DNA of 56,998 nucleotides from Candidatus Cloacimonadota bacterium (GTDB lineage Bacteria; Cloacimonadota; Cloacimonadia; Cloacimonadales; PWNZ01): NCBI GenBank assembly GCA_003564135.1, contig PWNZ01000174.1, positions 1 to 56,998 of the forward strand, read 5' to 3'. Shown piece by piece: positions 56,624 to 56,998 of this stretch (position 1 is its first letter; each line of letters starts with the position of its first letter). The notes under the pieces were generated by a model. It saw only the letters and a program-made list of their open reading frames with translations, ran no database searches and was not told where the DNA came from. The position numbers and the translations under genes were made by a program.

Positions 56624-56998
56624 AAACCGGACAAGCCGGAACTAATTTTTTCTCTACCACAAATCAGAGCACAAATGAAAAAGAAAGGTTTAGAAGGTTT
56701 AGAGAGTTTAGTGCTTCGCTGTTTAGATGAGGGACAGGCGCGGTCTGCCCTGGGGAATCTTCTTTTTTATTCCATCGGGGTGTCCGGTTCGTACATATCG
56801 TGGTTTAAAATTGAGTAAAGTGAACCGGTTCGCTGACTTTTTAACCCGTGAAACCTTTTTTCTGTTTAACCGGGTTAGTCGGCAACTTTCTGCCAAAAAA
56901 AATATGAACCGAGTTTACGAGCTCGCCGGACGGAGTACGGCCACTAGTTTTTTTACGAGCTCGCCGGACGGAGTACGGCCACTAGTTTTTTTACGAGC
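56624..56998 (+). repeat. Copy C, the most complete copy of the modular intergenic repeat; it runs off the window end
   Basis: In order: ccggacaagccgg hairpin; A/G-rich gaatgaaaaagaaagg; tttagtgcttcgctgtttagat; GC hairpin; ggtttaaaattg; long hairpin 56832-56882; ggcaactttctgcc plus A8; 38-bp tandem units from 56916. Confidence 0.9.
56916..56998 (+). repeat. 38-bp head-to-tail tandem repeat (2 full units plus the first 7 nt of a third), each unit a short hairpin followed by a T-run
   Basis: The unit tacgagctcgccggacggagtacggccactagtttttt starts at 56916, 56954 and 56992. The stem is gccggac/gtacggc (one mismatch) with loop gga, then cactag plus T6-7. Related units lie at 82-137. Confidence 0.9.

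Noticed and set aside
56552-56818. 88-aa plus-strand ORF covering repeat copy C
   Set aside because: The equivalent frame is shifted by an indel in copy B and hits a stop within 14 codons in copy A. There is no SD. The ORF is a by-product of the repeat sequence, not a conserved protein.
56832-56882. Integron attC-site interpretation of the repeat hairpin (AAC...GTT-like arms, cassette-like orphan gene)
   Set aside because: The arms only loosely fit RYYYAAC/GTTRRRY. The element (about 200-370 bp, multi-module) is much larger than an attC site. Copies are scattered after housekeeping genes, and there is no intI or attI in the window.
56916-56998. CRISPR array interpretation of the 38-bp repeats
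   Set aside because: The units are directly abutting with an exact 38-nt period and no unique spacers between them. No cas genes are present. The same units are an internal module of a dispersed repeat.
1-56998. Circular replicon (plasmid or phage) suggested by similar sequence at both ends
   Set aside because: The terminal sequences are similar but not identical: several substitutions and a different unit structure. The content is core chromosomal (valS, lysS, mutL, nrdJ, lon). This is more consistent with an assembly break inside a dispersed repeat.

Overview
This 57-kb window is a chromosomal segment. It is probably a whole contig, because both ends fall inside copies of the same repeat. 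The host is a low-GC bacterium with a type IX secretion system: three large proteins end in the N(Y/F)PNPFNPxTxI...GxYFYxL...K sorting domain. An FCB-superphylum or Cloacimonadota-like origin is only an inference. I support about 40 protein genes and one tRNA-Ser. Most are ordinary housekeeping genes: mutL-miaA, pdxJ, alr, psd, folC, nrdJ, lon, a lolC/E-like permease, lysS, valS, rdgB, a phosphohexomutase and nfeD-SPFH. A minus-strand block runs from 36.9 kb down to 17.5 kb. Six things stand out. (1) A modular, hairpin-rich intergenic repeat family has six copies or fragments, and compensatory base changes preserve its stems. It carries 38-bp tandem hairpin+T-run units, and two direct copies bracket an orphan gene whose 5' half is GC-rich. 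(2) A gingipain-type C25 peptidase is fused in frame to a Porphyromonas-type arginine/agmatine deiminase domain. The fusion is interrupted by one in-frame TAA, and the deiminase His-Cys motif appears degenerate. (3) folC is split by a single in-frame TGA. (4) A tightly packed four-gene membrane operon of unrecognisable function (18.7-24.0 kb) contains an apparent internal paralogy. (5) Alanine racemase carries an unexplained C-terminal extension of about 270 aa. (6) Two long ORF-free regions contain repeat fragments, and one also has an orphan terminator. No CRISPR array, rRNA, transposase or recognisable defence gene was seen.
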